A stretch of 64,000 nt of DNA from SAR202 cluster bacterium. GTDB taxonomy: Bacteria; Chloroflexota; Dehalococcoidia; Lucifugimonadales; Australimonadaceae. Within the stretch, counting starts at the first letter, position 1, and each line of letters starts with the position of its first letter. Positions 1 through 14,673 of the stretch are shown in pieces. The stretch is taken from the NCBI GenBank assembly GCA_016872415.1, contig VGZX01000005.1:5210-69209 (forward strand), written 5' to 3'. Below the pieces are notes generated by a model, which had not been told where the DNA came from, did not search any database, and saw only the letters and a list, made by a program, of their open reading frames with translations. The position numbers and the translations under genes were made by a program.

Positions 1-368
1 GCCGTCAACCGCATCCGGCGAGAGAATCCGGCGCTACGGCAAACGAACGACATTCACTTTCACCAAGTCGACAACGAAAATGTCATCGCATACAGCAAGC
101 GCTCGGGTTCCAACGTCGTGCTCATCGTCGTGAACCTCGAGACGCGGTGGACCCACTCGGGCTGGATCACGCTGGACCTTGCCAGTCTGGGTTTGGACGG
201 CGTCGAAGAATACGACGTCACCGACCTCGTGTCGGGAGCGCGCTTCCGATGGCGTGGCGACCGTAACTACGTGGAGCTGAACCCCGACGTCCTTCCGGCG
301 CACATCCTGCGGATCGAGCACCCGCGGCCCGAGCCGGTGACGCAACCAATCCAACAGCCGGTGGCACC

Positions 369-387
<19 letters not shown>
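1..387 (+). CDS. glgE: alpha-1,4-glucan:maltose-1-phosphate maltosyltransferase GlgE, C-terminal end (5' truncated by window edge)
   Basis: Frame 1 is open from base 1 (AVNRIRRENPALRQTNDIHFHQVDNENVIAYSKRSG..VVNLETRWTHSGWITLDL). This reads like the GlgE C-terminal domain. It overlaps the start of treS-mak, the usual GlgE-pathway neighbour. Confidence 0.7.
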
Positions 388-3760
<3,373 letters not shown>

Positions 3761-3764
<4 letters not shown>

Positions 3765-5818
3765 GCGCTCCCAGCCGGCTGCACGCGCTGGCATATCTCA
3801 ACGGCGTTCAGACGAGCTATCGCGGTGCCGGCGGTCGCATGGTCCAAGCCTCGGATGAGTCGCTGCTCCACGTCCTGCGGGCGTTGGGCATCCCGCTCTC
3901 CAGCGCCGACGAAGCGGACGACGCGCTGCGAGCGGGCCGCCTCCAGGCGTGGCGGCAGGTCCTGCCGCCGGTGGTTCCCGTGTTCGCGGGCGAACCGGCC
4001 GACGTGACCGTGCGGTTGCCCGCGAGCGAAGCCGGCGGCGTCGCCGCGGAGCTACGATTGGAGGCGGACGCGGCGGTGCCGGTGGATTGGGGAGCGGCCG
4101 CGCGCCAGGCCGAAGGCGCCATCGACCTCGACGGCCGGCGCTTCGTGGCATGCCGCCTCCCGCTGCCGGACGGCCTACCCTTGGGGTACCATCGCCTCGA
4201 CCTTCGATTCCAGTCCGGCGAGGCGAGCGCGTTGGTCATCTGCGCCCCCGCCAGCGCCCCGGCGGCGAAGCGGGCTTGGGGGGCGTTCCTCCCACTTCAC
4301 GCGGCGCGGCCAGCCGCCGGCGAGCCGGCCGCGACCTACACGGACCTAGAGCGGTTGTGCCGCTGGACCCGCGCGCGCGGTGGCGCGTTTTTCGGCACGC
4401 TGCCATTGTCGCCGACGTTCGTCGAGCAGCCCTACGAGCCGAGCCCGTACTCGGCCATCTCCCGGCTCGCCTGGAGCCCCTTTTACGTCGACCTGACGCG
4501 CGCGCCCGGCTTCGAGCATTCGCCGCCCGCCCGCGCCCTGGCGAGCGATCCCGCGTTCCAGGCCGAGGCGCGGGCCCTGAGCCAGATGCCGCTGGTCGAC
4601 TACCGCCGGACGATGGCATTGCGCCGCCGCGTGATGGAAGCCCTGAGCGCGGAGCCGGCGAACGCGCGCGGCTCGTTGGCCTTCGCCGCGAGCCAGCCCC
4701 ACGCCGCTTCCTACGCGCGGTTCATGGCGGCCACCGAGCGCCACGGCACCTGGCCCACCTGGTCCGACCGAATGCGCGACGGCCATTTGGACGCGGGAGG
4801 CTACGATGACCGCGCGGTCGCCTACCACCTCTATGCCCAGTGGGCGGCGCACCTCCAAGCGGAGCGCGCGGCCGAGTCCGGGGCGGGCCTGTACCTCGAC
4901 TTCCCCCTTGGCACCAATCGAGACGGTTTCGACGTGTGGCGGTTCCAACGGCAATTCGCCGTGACCGCATCCGTCGGGGCCCCACCTGACCCGCTGGCCC
5001 TGCAAGGCCAGGACTGGGGCTTTCCGCCGCTGCATCCGAGGCGATCGCGCGAGCACGGCCACGCCTACTTCATCGAAAGCGTGCGCCACCACATGCGCCA
5101 CGCCGCGATGCTGCGGATCGACCACGTGATGGGGCTGCACCGCCAGTTCTGGGTGCCCCACCCGCTGCCCGCCAGTCATGGCGTTTACGTCCGGTATCCA
5201 GATCGCGAACTCTACGCTATCCTGACGCTCGAAGCGCACCGGCATGCCGTGGCGATCACCGGCGAAGACTTGGGCACCGTGCCCGGTTATGTCCGCGCCA
5301 CCATGCGCCGCCGTGGCTTCATGCCCATGTTCGTGGCCGAGTTCTCGTTGCACGCCGACGAGACGGCCGCCATGGACCCAGTGCCGCCGGGCGCCGTCGC
5401 CAGCCTTGGCACGCACGACACGCCGACGTTCGCCGCCTTCCTGCGCGGCCACGACGCCGCGCTGCGCGGGACGTCGGGACAGTTGACCGCCGAGCAGGTC
5501 CCCGGCGAGCAGCGCGGGCGCGCCGAGCTGCGGCGTCGGCTGGTCGCTTGGCTTCGCGGACAAGGTTTGCTCACCGGCGCCGGCGACGACGCGGAAATCG
5601 TCGCCGCGATGCTCAAGGCACTCTCGGCCAGCGATGCCGGCGTCGTCCTGGTGAACCTGGAAGATCTGTGGCTTGAGGAAGAGCCGCAGAACGTGCCCGG
5701 CACGGGACAGGAGCTTCCGAACTGGAGACGGAAAGCCCGGTACGCGCTCGACGAGTTCGAGCGGTTACCCGGCATTTCGGACCTCCTGCGACAACTCACG
5801 GAACTTACCGTAGACTGA
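3761..5818 (+). CDS. malQ: 4-alpha-glucanotransferase (amylomaltase, GH77), long N-terminally extended form
   Basis: 685 aa with [31 protein letters not shown] motifs. ATGA overlap with the treS stop. Confidence 0.85.
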
Positions 5819-5823
5819 GGCGC

Positions 5824-7773
5824 ATGATGCGCCACCCCGCCGATCACGGCGTCGCCGCCGTCCGCCACGACTTCTCGCTGCTCACCGACAACGACGTGTA
5901 CCTGTTCAACGAGGGCACTCACTTTGACCTGCACCGGAAGCTGGGCGCCCACCAATGCACGGTCGACGGCGTGCGCGGCACCTACTTCGCCGTGTGGGCC
6001 CCGAGCGCGGAATCGGTCATGGTCTTCGGCGATTTCAACCAATGGAACCGTTCGAGCCACCCGCTGCGGCCCCACGCGTCATCCGGCATTTGGGAGGGCT
6101 TCGTTCCCGGCGTCGGCCAGGGGACGATCTACAAATATCTCGTCGCCGGGAGGTATGGCGGCAGGGTCAACGAGAAGGCGGACCCATTCGCGTTTCACGC
6201 CGAAACGCCGCCAAAAACGGCCTCGATCGTCTGGGACATCGGCTACGAATGGGGCGACGCGGAATGGATGTCAGGACGCAAGCGCCGCAACGCGCTGAAC
6301 GCGCCCATTTCCATTTACGAAGTGCACTTGGGCTCGTGGATGCGCGTGCGCGATGACCATGACCGCTGGATGAGCTACCGCGAGATCGCCCCCAAGCTGG
6401 CCGACTACGTCGCTGACATGGGCTACACCCACGTCGAGCTGCTGCCCATCATGGAGCACCCCTTTTACGGGTCATGGGGCTACCAAACGACCGGCTACTT
6501 CGCCCCCACCAGCCGCTTCGGCACGCCGCAAGACTTCATGTACCTCGTCGACCACCTCCACCAGCGGGGGATCGGCGTCATCCTCGATTGGGTGCCCTCC
6601 CACTTCCCCAACGACCCCCACGGGTTGGCGACGTTCGACGGCACCAGCCTATACGAGCACCAAGACCCGAGAGAGGGCTTCCATCCCGATTGGAACTCCT
6701 ACATCTTCAATTATGGCCGGCACAAGGTGCAGGCGTTTCTCATCAGCAGCGCCATGTTCTGGCTGGAAACCTACCATGCCGATGGCCTGCGCGTGGACGC
6801 CGTCGCGTCAATGCTCTACCGCGACTATTCACGCAAGGCCGGCGAGTGGATTCCCAACCAGCATGGCGGACGCGAGAACTTGGAGGCCATCGCCCTGCTC
6901 CGTCGCATGAACGAGGAGGCGTACCGCCGCTTCCCCGACGTTCAGACCACCGCCGAGGAGTCCACGGCCTGGCCCATGGTGTCGCGCCCCACCTACGTCG
7001 GCGGCCTCGGCTTCGGCTTCAAGTGGGACATGGGCTGGATGCACGACACGCTGGAATACATGCGGCAGGACCCCATCCACCGCTCCTACCACCACCACGA
7101 GTTGACCTTCCGCGCCGTATACGCCTTCAACGAAAACTTCATCCTGCCGTTGTCCCACGACGAAGTGGTGCACGGCAAGGGCTCGCTGCTCGCGCGGATG
7201 CCGGGCGACGCCTGGCGGCAGTTCGCCAACCTGCGCTTGTTGTTCGGCTACATGTTCGGCCAACCGGGAAAGAAGCTGCTGTTCATGGGCGGCGACTTCG
7301 CCCAAGGCCGCGAGTGGTATCACGAATCCAGCCTCGACTGGGACCTGCTCGCCATCCCCTGGCACGAGGGTGTGCGACGGCTTGTCCGCGATCTAAACCG
7401 CCTCTACCGGACCTTGCCCGCGCTGCACGAGCTGGACAGCCAGCCGGCCGGATTCCAATGGGCCGAGCTCAACGACAGCGCCAATAGCGTGCTATCGTTC
7501 GTTCGGCTCTCGTCCGACTCCCGCCGCGAGGATGGCGTGCTCGTCGTGTGCAACTTCACGCCGGTGGTCCGCCAGGGCTACCGCGTCGGCGTGCCATACC
7601 CGGGCCAATGGCGCGAGGTGTTGAACACCGATGCCGCGGTGTACGAGGGCAGCGGCATCGGCAATGGCGACATCGTCTCCACCGACCGCACGCCAATGCA
7701 CGGCAGGGCGCAATCGCTGTCGCTCACGCTGCCGCCGCTCGGCGCCCTGTTTCTCAAGCACGAGGGGGCATGA
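5824..7773 (+). CDS. glgB: 1,4-alpha-glucan branching enzyme
   Basis: 649 aa. Typical GlgB blocks: [73 protein letters not shown]. Confidence 0.92.
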   Translation: MMRHPADHGVAAVRHDFSLLTDNDVYLFNEGTHFDLHRKLGAHQCTVDGVRGTYFAVWAPSAESVMVFGDFNQWNRSSHPLRPHASSGIWEGFVPGVGQGTIYKYLVAGRYGGRVNEKADPFAFHAETPPKTASIVWDIGYEWGDAEWMSGRKRRNALNAPISIYEVHLGSWMRVRDDHDRWMSYREIAPKLADYVADMGYTHVELLPIMEHPFYGSWGYQTTGYFAPTSRFGTPQDFMYLVDHLHQRGIGVILDWVPSHFPNDPHGLATFDGTSLYEHQDPREGFHPDWNSYIFNYGRHKVQAFLISSAMFWLETYHADGLRVDAVASMLYRDYSRKAGEWIPNQHGGRENLEAIALLRRMNEEAYRRFPDVQTTAEESTAWPMVSRPTYVGGLGFGFKWDMGWMHDTLEYMRQDPIHRSYHHHELTFRAVYAFNENFILPLSHDEVVHGKGSLLARMPGDAWRQFANLRLLFGYMFGQPGKKLLFMGGDFAQGREWYHESSLDWDLLAIPWHEGVRRLVRDLNRLYRTLPALHELDSQPAGFQWAELNDSANSVLSFVRLSSDSRREDGVLVVCNFTPVVRQGYRVGVPYPGQWREVLNTDAAVYEGSGIGNGDIVSTDRTPMHGRAQSLSLTLPPLGALFLKHEGA

Positions 7774-10169
7774 CGACCCAGCGGTTCATTTGCGTCCACG
7801 GCCACTTCTACCAGCCACCGCGCGAGAGTGCCTGGCTCGAGGCGATCGAAGCCCAGCCCAGCGCATATCCCTACCATGACTGGAACGAGCGCGTTGACGA
7901 CGAGTGCTATGCCCCGAACACCCAGTCGAGGGTGCTGAACGGCGACGGCGCCATCGCCGACCTGGTGAACAACTACGCCCACGTCTCGTTCGACATGGGC
8001 CCTACCCTCCTTTCCTGGATGGAGCGCCACGCGCCCGGCGCGTATGCCGCCATCCTGGAAGCGGACCGGGAAAGCCGGCGGCGGTTCTCCGGCCACGGCG
8101 CGGCCATCGCCCAGGCCTACAACCACATCATCATGCCGCTCGCCACGCGGCGCGACCGCGTGACGCAAGTGGTCTGGGGCATCCGCGATTTTAGCGCGCG
8201 GTTCGGCCGCGACCCCGAGGGCATGTGGCTGCCCGAAGCCGCGGTGGAGAACGAAACGCTCGCGATCCTGGCCGACCATGGCATCCGTTTCGTCATCCTG
8301 GCGCCACGGCAAGCCCAGCGCGTGCGTTCGTTGGACAGCCTCCTGTGGCTCGACGTGGGCGAATCAACCGTCGACCCGAAGCAGCCGTATCGCGTGTGGC
8401 TGCCGGGCGGCCAGCAGATCACGGCCTTTTTCTACGACGGGCCTGCCTCGCAGGCCGTGGCATTCGAGAACCTGCTGCTCACCGGCGAGCGTTTCGCCGA
8501 ACGGCTGCTCAACGGGTTCGACCGCGACAATCCACGGCCACAGCTCATGCACATCGCAACCGACGGCGAAACCTACGGCCACCACCACCGCTTCGGCGAC
8601 ATGGCCCTGGCCTACATGCTGCGCTACGTTCAGCAGCGCGGCCTCGCCAAGCTCACCGTCTATGGCGAGTACCTGGACCACCACCCGCCGACGCACGAAG
8701 CGCAGGTGCGCGAAAACACGTCGTGGAGCTGCAGCCACGGCATCGAGCGTTGGCGCTCCGACTGCGGCTGCAAGGACGGCGGGCACCCGACCTGGCATCA
8801 ACGTTGGCGCCGGCCGCTCCGCGACGCCCTCGACTGGCTGCGGGACCAGATCGCTCCGGCCTACGAGGCGCAAGCGGCCACGCTGCTCCGCGAGTCGTGG
8901 GCCGCCCGCGACGCCTACGTGGACGTGGTGGTCCGCCGCGACGAGGCATCGCTGACGCGCTTCCTGCGCTATCACGCCGGCCACGTCCTGACCGACGGCG
9001 AGCGAAGCCGCGTGTTGCGGCTGCTGGAGATGCAGCGGCACGCGATGCTCATGTTCGCCAGCGACGCGTGGTTCTTCGACGACCTCGCCCGCGTGGAGCC
9101 GGTGCAGGCGATGCGCCATGCCGCCCGCGTGATCGAATTGGCGCGCGACGAGCTCGGCCTCGACCTTGAGGATGGATTTCTGCGCGAGTTGGCGGACGCG
9201 GCGAGCAATGATCCTCGGCACGGCGACGCCCGTCAGATCTACGAGCGCATGGTGAGGCCGGAGACGGTGGACTTGCCCCGCGCGGCCGCCCATTACGCCA
9301 TTTCCAAGGCGATGGGGCTGCTCACCACCGAGCCGTCGTTCTACACCTACGCCGTGGACCAGGCCGACGCCGTCACGGCGGCATCCGGCCCCGTGAGACT
9401 GATGAGCGGCACGGCGCGGCTTCGCTCGACGCTGACGGCGGAGCAGCGAACGTACAACTTTGGCGTGTTGCACGATGGCCGCCTGGGAATCCATTGCGGC
9501 GTGCGGCCCAGCGACGAGCGCAACTCCATTGGCCTCCGTTCCGAGGGCGATGCGTTGATGACGGCATTCGAGGCAGGCTACGACGCGGCGCTATCCGCGC
9601 TACGTCTGCGGTTTGGGAACGGCCTGTACCGCATCGACGCCGTGTTCCCCGACGAGCGCGCCGTATTGGTCGAGCGCCTCGCGGCCGGGGCCATGACCTC
9701 GGACCTGAGCGATGGCAAGTCCCCGCTGCGGACCCTTGGCGTGCCCTTGGCGCCGAACCTGCAGCCGATTGGCGCGCTTGCGTTGAACGCTCGCGCCCAC
9801 GCCCTGCTTCGAGAACCGGACATCGACGCGGAGGCGTTTCGGTCCGTTGTAGCGCAGGCGGCATTATGGGGGGTGCGCTTCGACCAGGAAGGCCTCGCGC
9901 ACGCGTTGTCCAAGCACATCGCCGCGCTGCTGGAGCGACTGCGGACGGCGCCGCTCGACACCGACGCGCTCTCCTCGGCGTTGAATTGCGCGCGTCTCGC
10001 GTGGCAGCTGGGCTGGCCGGTCCGGCTGTGGCGTCCTCAAAACACCTACTGGCTCCTCTCGCGGGAACCGCTTGCCGAGCAGGAAAACCACGCCGCCAGC
10101 GGTGACCGCGTCGCTGCCCAATGGGCGCACGACTTCCGGTCGTTGGGGCGCGCCCTGCACATGCGGTAG
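7770..10169 (+). CDS. glycoside hydrolase family 57 protein with long C-terminal helical extension
   Basis: The ATG at 7770 overlaps the glgB TGA (ATGA). N-terminus [27 protein letters not shown] plus [20 protein letters not shown] are GH57 hallmarks. The upstream part of the 873-aa track ORF lies inside glgB and is discarded. Confidence 0.85.
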   Translation: MTTQRFICVHGHFYQPPRESAWLEAIEAQPSAYPYHDWNERVDDECYAPNTQSRVLNGDGAIADLVNNYAHVSFDMGPTLLSWMERHAPGAYAAILEADRESRRRFSGHGAAIAQAYNHIIMPLATRRDRVTQVVWGIRDFSARFGRDPEGMWLPEAAVENETLAILADHGIRFVILAPRQAQRVRSLDSLLWLDVGESTVDPKQPYRVWLPGGQQITAFFYDGPASQAVAFENLLLTGERFAERLLNGFDRDNPRPQLMHIATDGETYGHHHRFGDMALAYMLRYVQQRGLAKLTVYGEYLDHHPPTHEAQVRENTSWSCSHGIERWRSDCGCKDGGHPTWHQRWRRPLRDALDWLRDQIAPAYEAQAATLLRESWAARDAYVDVVVRRDEASLTRFLRYHAGHVLTDGERSRVLRLLEMQRHAMLMFASDAWFFDDLARVEPVQAMRHAARVIELARDELGLDLEDGFLRELADAASNDPRHGDARQIYERMVRPETVDLPRAAAHYAISKAMGLLTTEPSFYTYAVDQADAVTAASGPVRLMSGTARLRSTLTAEQRTYNFGVLHDGRLGIHCGVRPSDERNSIGLRSEGDALMTAFEAGYDAALSALRLRFGNGLYRIDAVFPDERAVLVERLAAGAMTSDLSDGKSPLRTLGVPLAPNLQPIGALALNARAHALLREPDIDAEAFRSVVAQAALWGVRFDQEGLAHALSKHIAALLERLRTAPLDTDALSSALNCARLAWQLGWPVRLWRPQNTYWLLSREPLAEQENHAASGDRVAAQWAHDFRSLGRALHMR

Positions 10170-10184
10170 ATTTGTTAAAAAGCG

Positions 10185-10190
10185 TAGAAT
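10185..10190 (+). promoter_or_regulatory. -10-like TAGAAT in an AT-rich spacer upstream of glgP
   Basis: gcgTAGAATtcaacc lies in the only AT-rich stretch between GH57 and glgP. No clear -35 is present. Confidence 0.35.
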
Positions 10191-10230
10191 TCAACCAAAT
10201 GTCCATATCCACCGTACCGAACAGACAACG

Positions 10231-11931
10231 TTGATTGAGACCTATTCCCCCTGCGTCGCCTATTTCTCCATGGAAGTCGGCCTCGAGCCTGCCATGCCCA
10301 CCTATTCCGGGGGCCTCGGCGTGCTCGCTGGCGACACCTTGCGCACCGCGGCCGATCTGGGCGTGCCGATGGTTGGCGTTTCCTTGCTCTACCGGCAGGG
10401 CTACTTCGCGCAGCACATCGACGAGTCCGGCCGCCAGATCGAGAAGCCCGAGAAGTGGTCGCCCGAGCAGTTCCTGCGACCCATGCGGCCCCGCGTCCAA
10501 ATGGAGATCGAGGGCCGCACCGTTCACCTCACGGCGTGGCGCTACCTCATCGTCGGAGCGCGCGGCCACAGCGTGCCGGTCTACTTCTTGGACGCCGACC
10601 TGCCGGAGAACAGCGAATTCGATCGCAGCCTCGCCGGGCAACTCTACGGCGGCGACCAGCGCTACCGCGTGTGCCAAGAGGCCTTGCTGGGCATCGGCGG
10701 CCTGCGGATGCTCGAGGCGCTGCGCCACGACAACATCCGCGTGTTCCATCTGAACGAGGGCCACGCCGCATTCCTGACAATTGGCGTGCTGGAACAGGAA
10801 ACGCACGGCAAGGGCATCCATCTCGCGACGGACCTCGACATCGAGGCCGTGCGCGACCGCTGCGTCTTCACCACGCACACGCCCGTGCCGGCCGGGCATG
10901 ACCAATTCCCAATCGACCTCGTCCGGAGCGTCCTCGGCGATGGAAGGGTCTCCGCCCCCGCAATCGCGGCGACCATCATGGACGGCCGTATCAACATGAC
11001 GTACCTCGGCATCCACTTTTCGCGGAGGGTGAACGGCGTCGCCATGCGGCACGCCCAAGTCACCCGCACCATGTTCCCCCACACCGCCATCAACGCCATC
11101 ACGAATGGCGTGCATGCGGTGACTTGGGCCGCCGAGCCGATGCGCCGGCTATTCGATCACCACATTCCGGAGTGGCGGCGCGACAACCACTATCTGCGCT
11201 ATGCCTCCAGCATCCCGAAGACGGAGATCCGGCAGGCGCACCAGGAGTCGAAGCTGGCCCTGGTGGACATGGTGCGGCAACGCACCGGCCGCGTCCTCGA
11301 CCCCGATGTGTTCACCATCGGGTTCGCCCGCCGGGCGACGGCATACAAGCGGATGCGCTTGCTTTTCTCCGACCTGAACCGCCTCCGGCGGATCAGCGGC
11401 GACGTGGGCCCCATTCAAATCGTGCTCGGCGGCAAGGCCCACCCACGCGATGAACAGGGCAAGCACCTCATTCAAATGGTCGTCAACGCGTCGCGGGACC
11501 TCAGCGAGTCGGTGCGCGTCGTCTTCGTCGAGGGCTACGACATGGGGACCGCTGCCATGATGTGCGCGGGGGTCGACCTGTGGGTGAACACCCCCCAGAA
11601 GCCGATGGAGGCCTCCGGCACGAGCGGCATGAAGGCCGCCATCAACGGCGTGCCCAGCCTCAGCGTCATGGACGGGTGGTGGATCGAGGGCTACGTCGAG
11701 GGCGTGACCGGCTGGGCCATCGACGAGCACTGGAAGGCGGCCACCACCGACGAAGGCGAAGCCGCGTCGCTCTACGACAAGCTGGAGCGCGTAATTGTCC
11801 CCATGTTCTACCGGAACCCGGACGCCTACGCCAGCGCGATGCGCTCGGCCATCGCCATCAATGGCTCGTTCTTCAACTCGCAGCGCATGGTGCAGCAGTA
11901 CGTCGAGAACGCTTATCCCGTGCTGTCGTAG
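10231..11931 (+). CDS. glgP: alpha-glucan phosphorylase (GT35, maltodextrin/glycogen phosphorylase family)
   Basis: VAYFSMEVGLEPAMPTYSGGLGVLAGD, SLLYRQGYF and the PLP-lysine block EASGTSGMKAAINGVPSLSVMDGWW. The start is placed at an in-frame TTG at 10231, after the GH57 stop. The ATG at 10270 would cut conserved N-terminal residues. Confidence 0.85.
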   Translation: MIETYSPCVAYFSMEVGLEPAMPTYSGGLGVLAGDTLRTAADLGVPMVGVSLLYRQGYFAQHIDESGRQIEKPEKWSPEQFLRPMRPRVQMEIEGRTVHLTAWRYLIVGARGHSVPVYFLDADLPENSEFDRSLAGQLYGGDQRYRVCQEALLGIGGLRMLEALRHDNIRVFHLNEGHAAFLTIGVLEQETHGKGIHLATDLDIEAVRDRCVFTTHTPVPAGHDQFPIDLVRSVLGDGRVSAPAIAATIMDGRINMTYLGIHFSRRVNGVAMRHAQVTRTMFPHTAINAITNGVHAVTWAAEPMRRLFDHHIPEWRRDNHYLRYASSIPKTEIRQAHQESKLALVDMVRQRTGRVLDPDVFTIGFARRATAYKRMRLLFSDLNRLRRISGDVGPIQIVLGGKAHPRDEQGKHLIQMVVNASRDLSESVRVVFVEGYDMGTAAMMCAGVDLWVNTPQKPMEASGTSGMKAAINGVPSLSVMDGWWIEGYVEGVTGWAIDEHWKAATTDEGEAASLYDKLERVIVPMFYRNPDAYASAMRSAIAINGSFFNSQRMVQQYVENAYPVLS

Positions 11932-11937
11932 CCGGCC

Positions 11938-12906
11938 TCAGGCGATTTCGCTCGGCATGTGCCGTCCCGCGCACGCCGCGATGACGTTCCGCACCGCCAT
12001 CACCGCCATGCGTCGTCGCGTCGTCTCGGTCGCGCTGCCGATGTGGGGCGTGATCAGCACCCGCGGCTCGCGGAACAGCGGGTGCTCCGGCGGCAGCGGC
12101 TCCGGCGTCGTCACGTCGAGCGCGGCGCCGCGGATGTGGCCTCGGCGCACCGCGTCGAGCAGCGCGTCCTGATCCACTACGCCGCCGCGGCTCGTGTTGA
12201 TGAGCGTCGCACTCGGCTTCATGGCCGCGAAGGCGGCCTTGTCCATCAGATTGCGCGTATCCACCGTGAGGGGAACGTGCAACGATACGAAGTCGGCTTC
12301 GCGCAGCAACTCCTCCAACGTGGGCACGAACGAGGCGCCGGTTTCCCGCTCGGCGTCCCCGTGCCTCTGGCGCGAGGTGTAGCGCACGCGCATGTCGAAG
12401 CCGCGAGCGCGCCGCGCGACCGCTCCGCCGATCTTGCCCATGCCGACGATGCCGAGCGTGGCGCCGTGCGCGTCGACGCCGAGCCAGCCTCGCGGGTCCC
12501 AGGGCCCCCATCGCCCATTCCTCGCGGCCTCCGCCGTCTCCACGATGCGGCGCGCGGACGCCAACAGCAACGCGAGCGCCAGGTCGGCGGTCGTCTCCTC
12601 CAGCACGTTCGGCGTGTTCGACAGGCGCACGCCTCGCGCCCGCGCCGCCTCCACGTCGAAGTTGTCGTAACCGGTGGCTACGTTCGCGACGACCCGCACC
12701 GAGCGCGCCGCGTCCAGCAGCGCAGCGTCCACCCGCTCGGTGAGCATGGTCACCAACGCCAGGCAGCCGGCCGCGCGCCGGCGCAGCTCGTCGGGCGCCG
12801 GTGGCCGCTCGTGCTCCCACACGTCGACCTCGACGAAATCGGCCTTCAGCAGCCGTAGCGCCTCGTCGTCCACCCGCCGGGTCACGAATACACGGCCGTC
12901 GATCAT
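11938..12906 (-). CDS. D-isomer-specific 2-hydroxyacid dehydrogenase (glyoxylate/hydroxypyruvate reductase-like)
   Basis: 322 aa. NAD-binding GIVGMGKIGGAVARRA, and the catalytic region TLINTSRGGVVDQDAL..PHIGSAT. GAGGAGG RBS before the ATG at 12906. Confidence 0.88.
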   Translation of the reverse strand: MIDGRVFVTRRVDDEALRLLKADFVEVDVWEHERPPAPDELRRRAAGCLALVTMLTERVDAALLDAARSVRVVANVATGYDNFDVEAARARGVRLSNTPNVLEETTADLALALLLASARRIVETAEAARNGRWGPWDPRGWLGVDAHGATLGIVGMGKIGGAVARRARGFDMRVRYTSRQRHGDAERETGASFVPTLEELLREADFVSLHVPLTVDTRNLMDKAAFAAMKPSATLINTSRGGVVDQDALLDAVRRGHIRGAALDVTTPEPLPPEHPLFREPRVLITPHIGSATETTRRRMAVMAVRNVIAACAGRHMPSEIA

Positions 12907-13005
12907 GGTCGCCTCCTCGCGGCTATCCTACCGGAGCCGAGCCTGTACGGAACCGCCGTTGTGTGATGAAATGCCCGCAACCTGCATGGAGGTAGGCGCC
13001 ACCGC

Positions 13006-13374
13006 ATGCCAGATATCGCCGACGAACGGTGCGCCCCGGTCCGGGCGGGGTCGCCCCGCGTCACGGAAGCCGATCTGCCGGCCCTGCTCGCCCGGGTGCC
13101 GGGTTGGGAGGTCGTGGTCGACGACGGCATCCGCGCCCTCCGCAAGCGATTCAAGTTCCACGAGTTCGACGACGGGCTCGCCTTCGTAACCGCGGTCGCC
13201 AAGGAGGCTGACGTGGAGGACCACCATCCGAAAGTCGTGCTGGAGTTCCAGTCGGTGACCGTGTATTGGACGGCGCACGCCATAGCCGATCTCCACCGCA
13301 ACGATTTCATCATGGCGGCCCACACGGACCGCCTCTACGGCGGACCGCCATCCGGCTCGCTGCGACCGCGCTGA
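13006..13374 (+). CDS. pterin-4a-carbinolamine dehydratase (PCD/DCoH family), copy 1
   Basis: 122 aa with FKFHEFDDGLAFVTAVAKEADVEDHHPKVVLEFQSVTVYWTAH..LHRNDFIMAA, the PCD fold signature including the HHP motif. Confidence 0.85.
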   Translation: MPDIADERCAPVRAGSPRVTEADLPALLARVPGWEVVVDDGIRALRKRFKFHEFDDGLAFVTAVAKEADVEDHHPKVVLEFQSVTVYWTAHAIADLHRNDFIMAAHTDRLYGGPPSGSLRPR

Positions 13375-13390
13375 ACGACAAGGAGGCACC

Positions 13391-13753
13391 GTGCCCGATC
13401 TGACGAAGGAGCGATGTATCGCTTGCACTCCCGCCTCGCCGCACGTCACCGAGGGGGAAATGCTCTCGCTGCGCCCCAGCGTGCCCGAGTGGCGCGTGGT
13501 CACCGAAGGCTCGGCGAAGGCGCTGTGGCGTTCGTTCCGCTTCCGTGGATTCTCGGACGCGCTCGCCTTCGCCAACGAGGTGGGCCGCATCGCCGAGGAA
13601 CAGGGCCACCACCCGGTGATGACGATCGAGCTACGCAAGGTCACCGTCGTCTGGACCACGCAAGCGATACACAACCTGCACCGCAACGATTTCATCATGG
13701 CCGCGAAGACCGACCAACTCCATGCCGGCCGGTCGTCCGGCGCGGCGCGCTGA
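13391..13753 (+). CDS. pterin-4a-carbinolamine dehydratase (PCD/DCoH family), copy 2
   Basis: GTG start at 13391 preceded by AGGAGG. FRFRGFSDALAFANEVGRIAEEQGHHPVMTIELRKVTVVWTTQ..LHRNDFIMAA. It is a diverged tandem paralog of the previous gene. Confidence 0.85.
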   Translation: MPDLTKERCIACTPASPHVTEGEMLSLRPSVPEWRVVTEGSAKALWRSFRFRGFSDALAFANEVGRIAEEQGHHPVMTIELRKVTVVWTTQAIHNLHRNDFIMAAKTDQLHAGRSSGAAR

Positions 13754-13762
13754 GGCACCGCC

Positions 13763-14630
13763 GTGGAACCACAAGTGATCGTCGACGAGCCGTCCATCCT
13801 GGGCGAGAACCCCCTTTGGCACCCCGTCGAGCAGCGGCTCTACTGGACCGACATCGACGGCAAACAGCTGCTCCGCTGGGACCCGCGCACCAAGAAGCGC
13901 GAGGTGGTGTTCCAAGGGCGCACCGTCGGCGGCTTCACCTTCCAGCAGAACGGCACCATCCTGCTGTTCATGGATCGTGGCGGCATCTCCATCTTGCACG
14001 GCGACCACCTGCACGACGTCGTCAAGGAGCTGCCGGACGAGTTGGAGAGCCGCTTCAACGATGTCATCGCCGATCCCGCCGGCCGCGCCTTTTGCGGCAC
14101 CATGCCTTCGCCCGATCACAAGGGCGCGCTCTATCGTGTCGACCGCGACGGCAAGGCCACCAAGCTGCTTGATCGGCATCGGCATCTCGAACGGCCTCGA
14201 CTTCTCCCGCGGCGAGAAGCGCCTCTACTACACCGATTCGGAGGCGCGCCGCATCTACGTGTTCGACTACGACCGGCGCACGGGCGCCATCGCCAACCAG
14301 CGCGTATTCGCAGACGAATCCGGCAAGGAGGAAATGCCGGACGGCATGACGCTCGACGCCGACGGCAACGTCTGGAGCGCGTCGTGGAACGGCTGGAGCA
14401 TCGTGCGATACGGCCCCGACGGCCGAGAGACCCAGCGGATCAAGTTCCCCGCGAAGAAGATAACCAGCGTGATTTTCGGCGGGCCGAATCTCGCGACCAT
14501 GTACGTCACCTCGGCCTCGCCCCGGCAGAGCGAAGCCGAGGACAACGGGTCGGATGCCGGGAAGGTGTTCACGCTCCAGATTCCCGGCGTGCGCGGCCTG
14601 CCCGAGTTCTATTCCCGTATCGGGATGTAG
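13763..14630 (+). pseudogene. SMP-30/gluconolactonase/LRE-family lactonase interrupted by a single-base frameshift
   Basis: The N-terminal half is in frame of 13763 (ILGENPLWHPVEQRLYWTDIDGKQLLRW..GALYRVDRDGKATKLLD). The C-terminal half is in frame of 13977 (GIGISNGLDFSRGEKRLYYTDS..MPDGMTLDADGNVWSA..KITSVIFGGPNL). Deleting c14174 joins them into ..KLLDGIGISNGLDFS.. Confidence 0.8.
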
Positions 14631-14673
14631 TGACCGAACATCGAATGGAGCCGCGAGACCGAGGAGTAGGCAC

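Noticed and set aside
9373-11115. Very long ORFs on the strand opposite to real genes. Examples: 267-1343, 1509-3050, 9373-11115, 19782-21923, 24054-25376, 25431-27845, 46667-48058, 48055-49194, 50297-51877, 53537-55537 and 59969-61594.
   Set aside because: Their translations are Arg/Gly/Ala/His-rich low-complexity strings with no recognisable motifs or RBS. Each exactly mirrors a well-supported gene. These are typical high-GC shadow ORFs.
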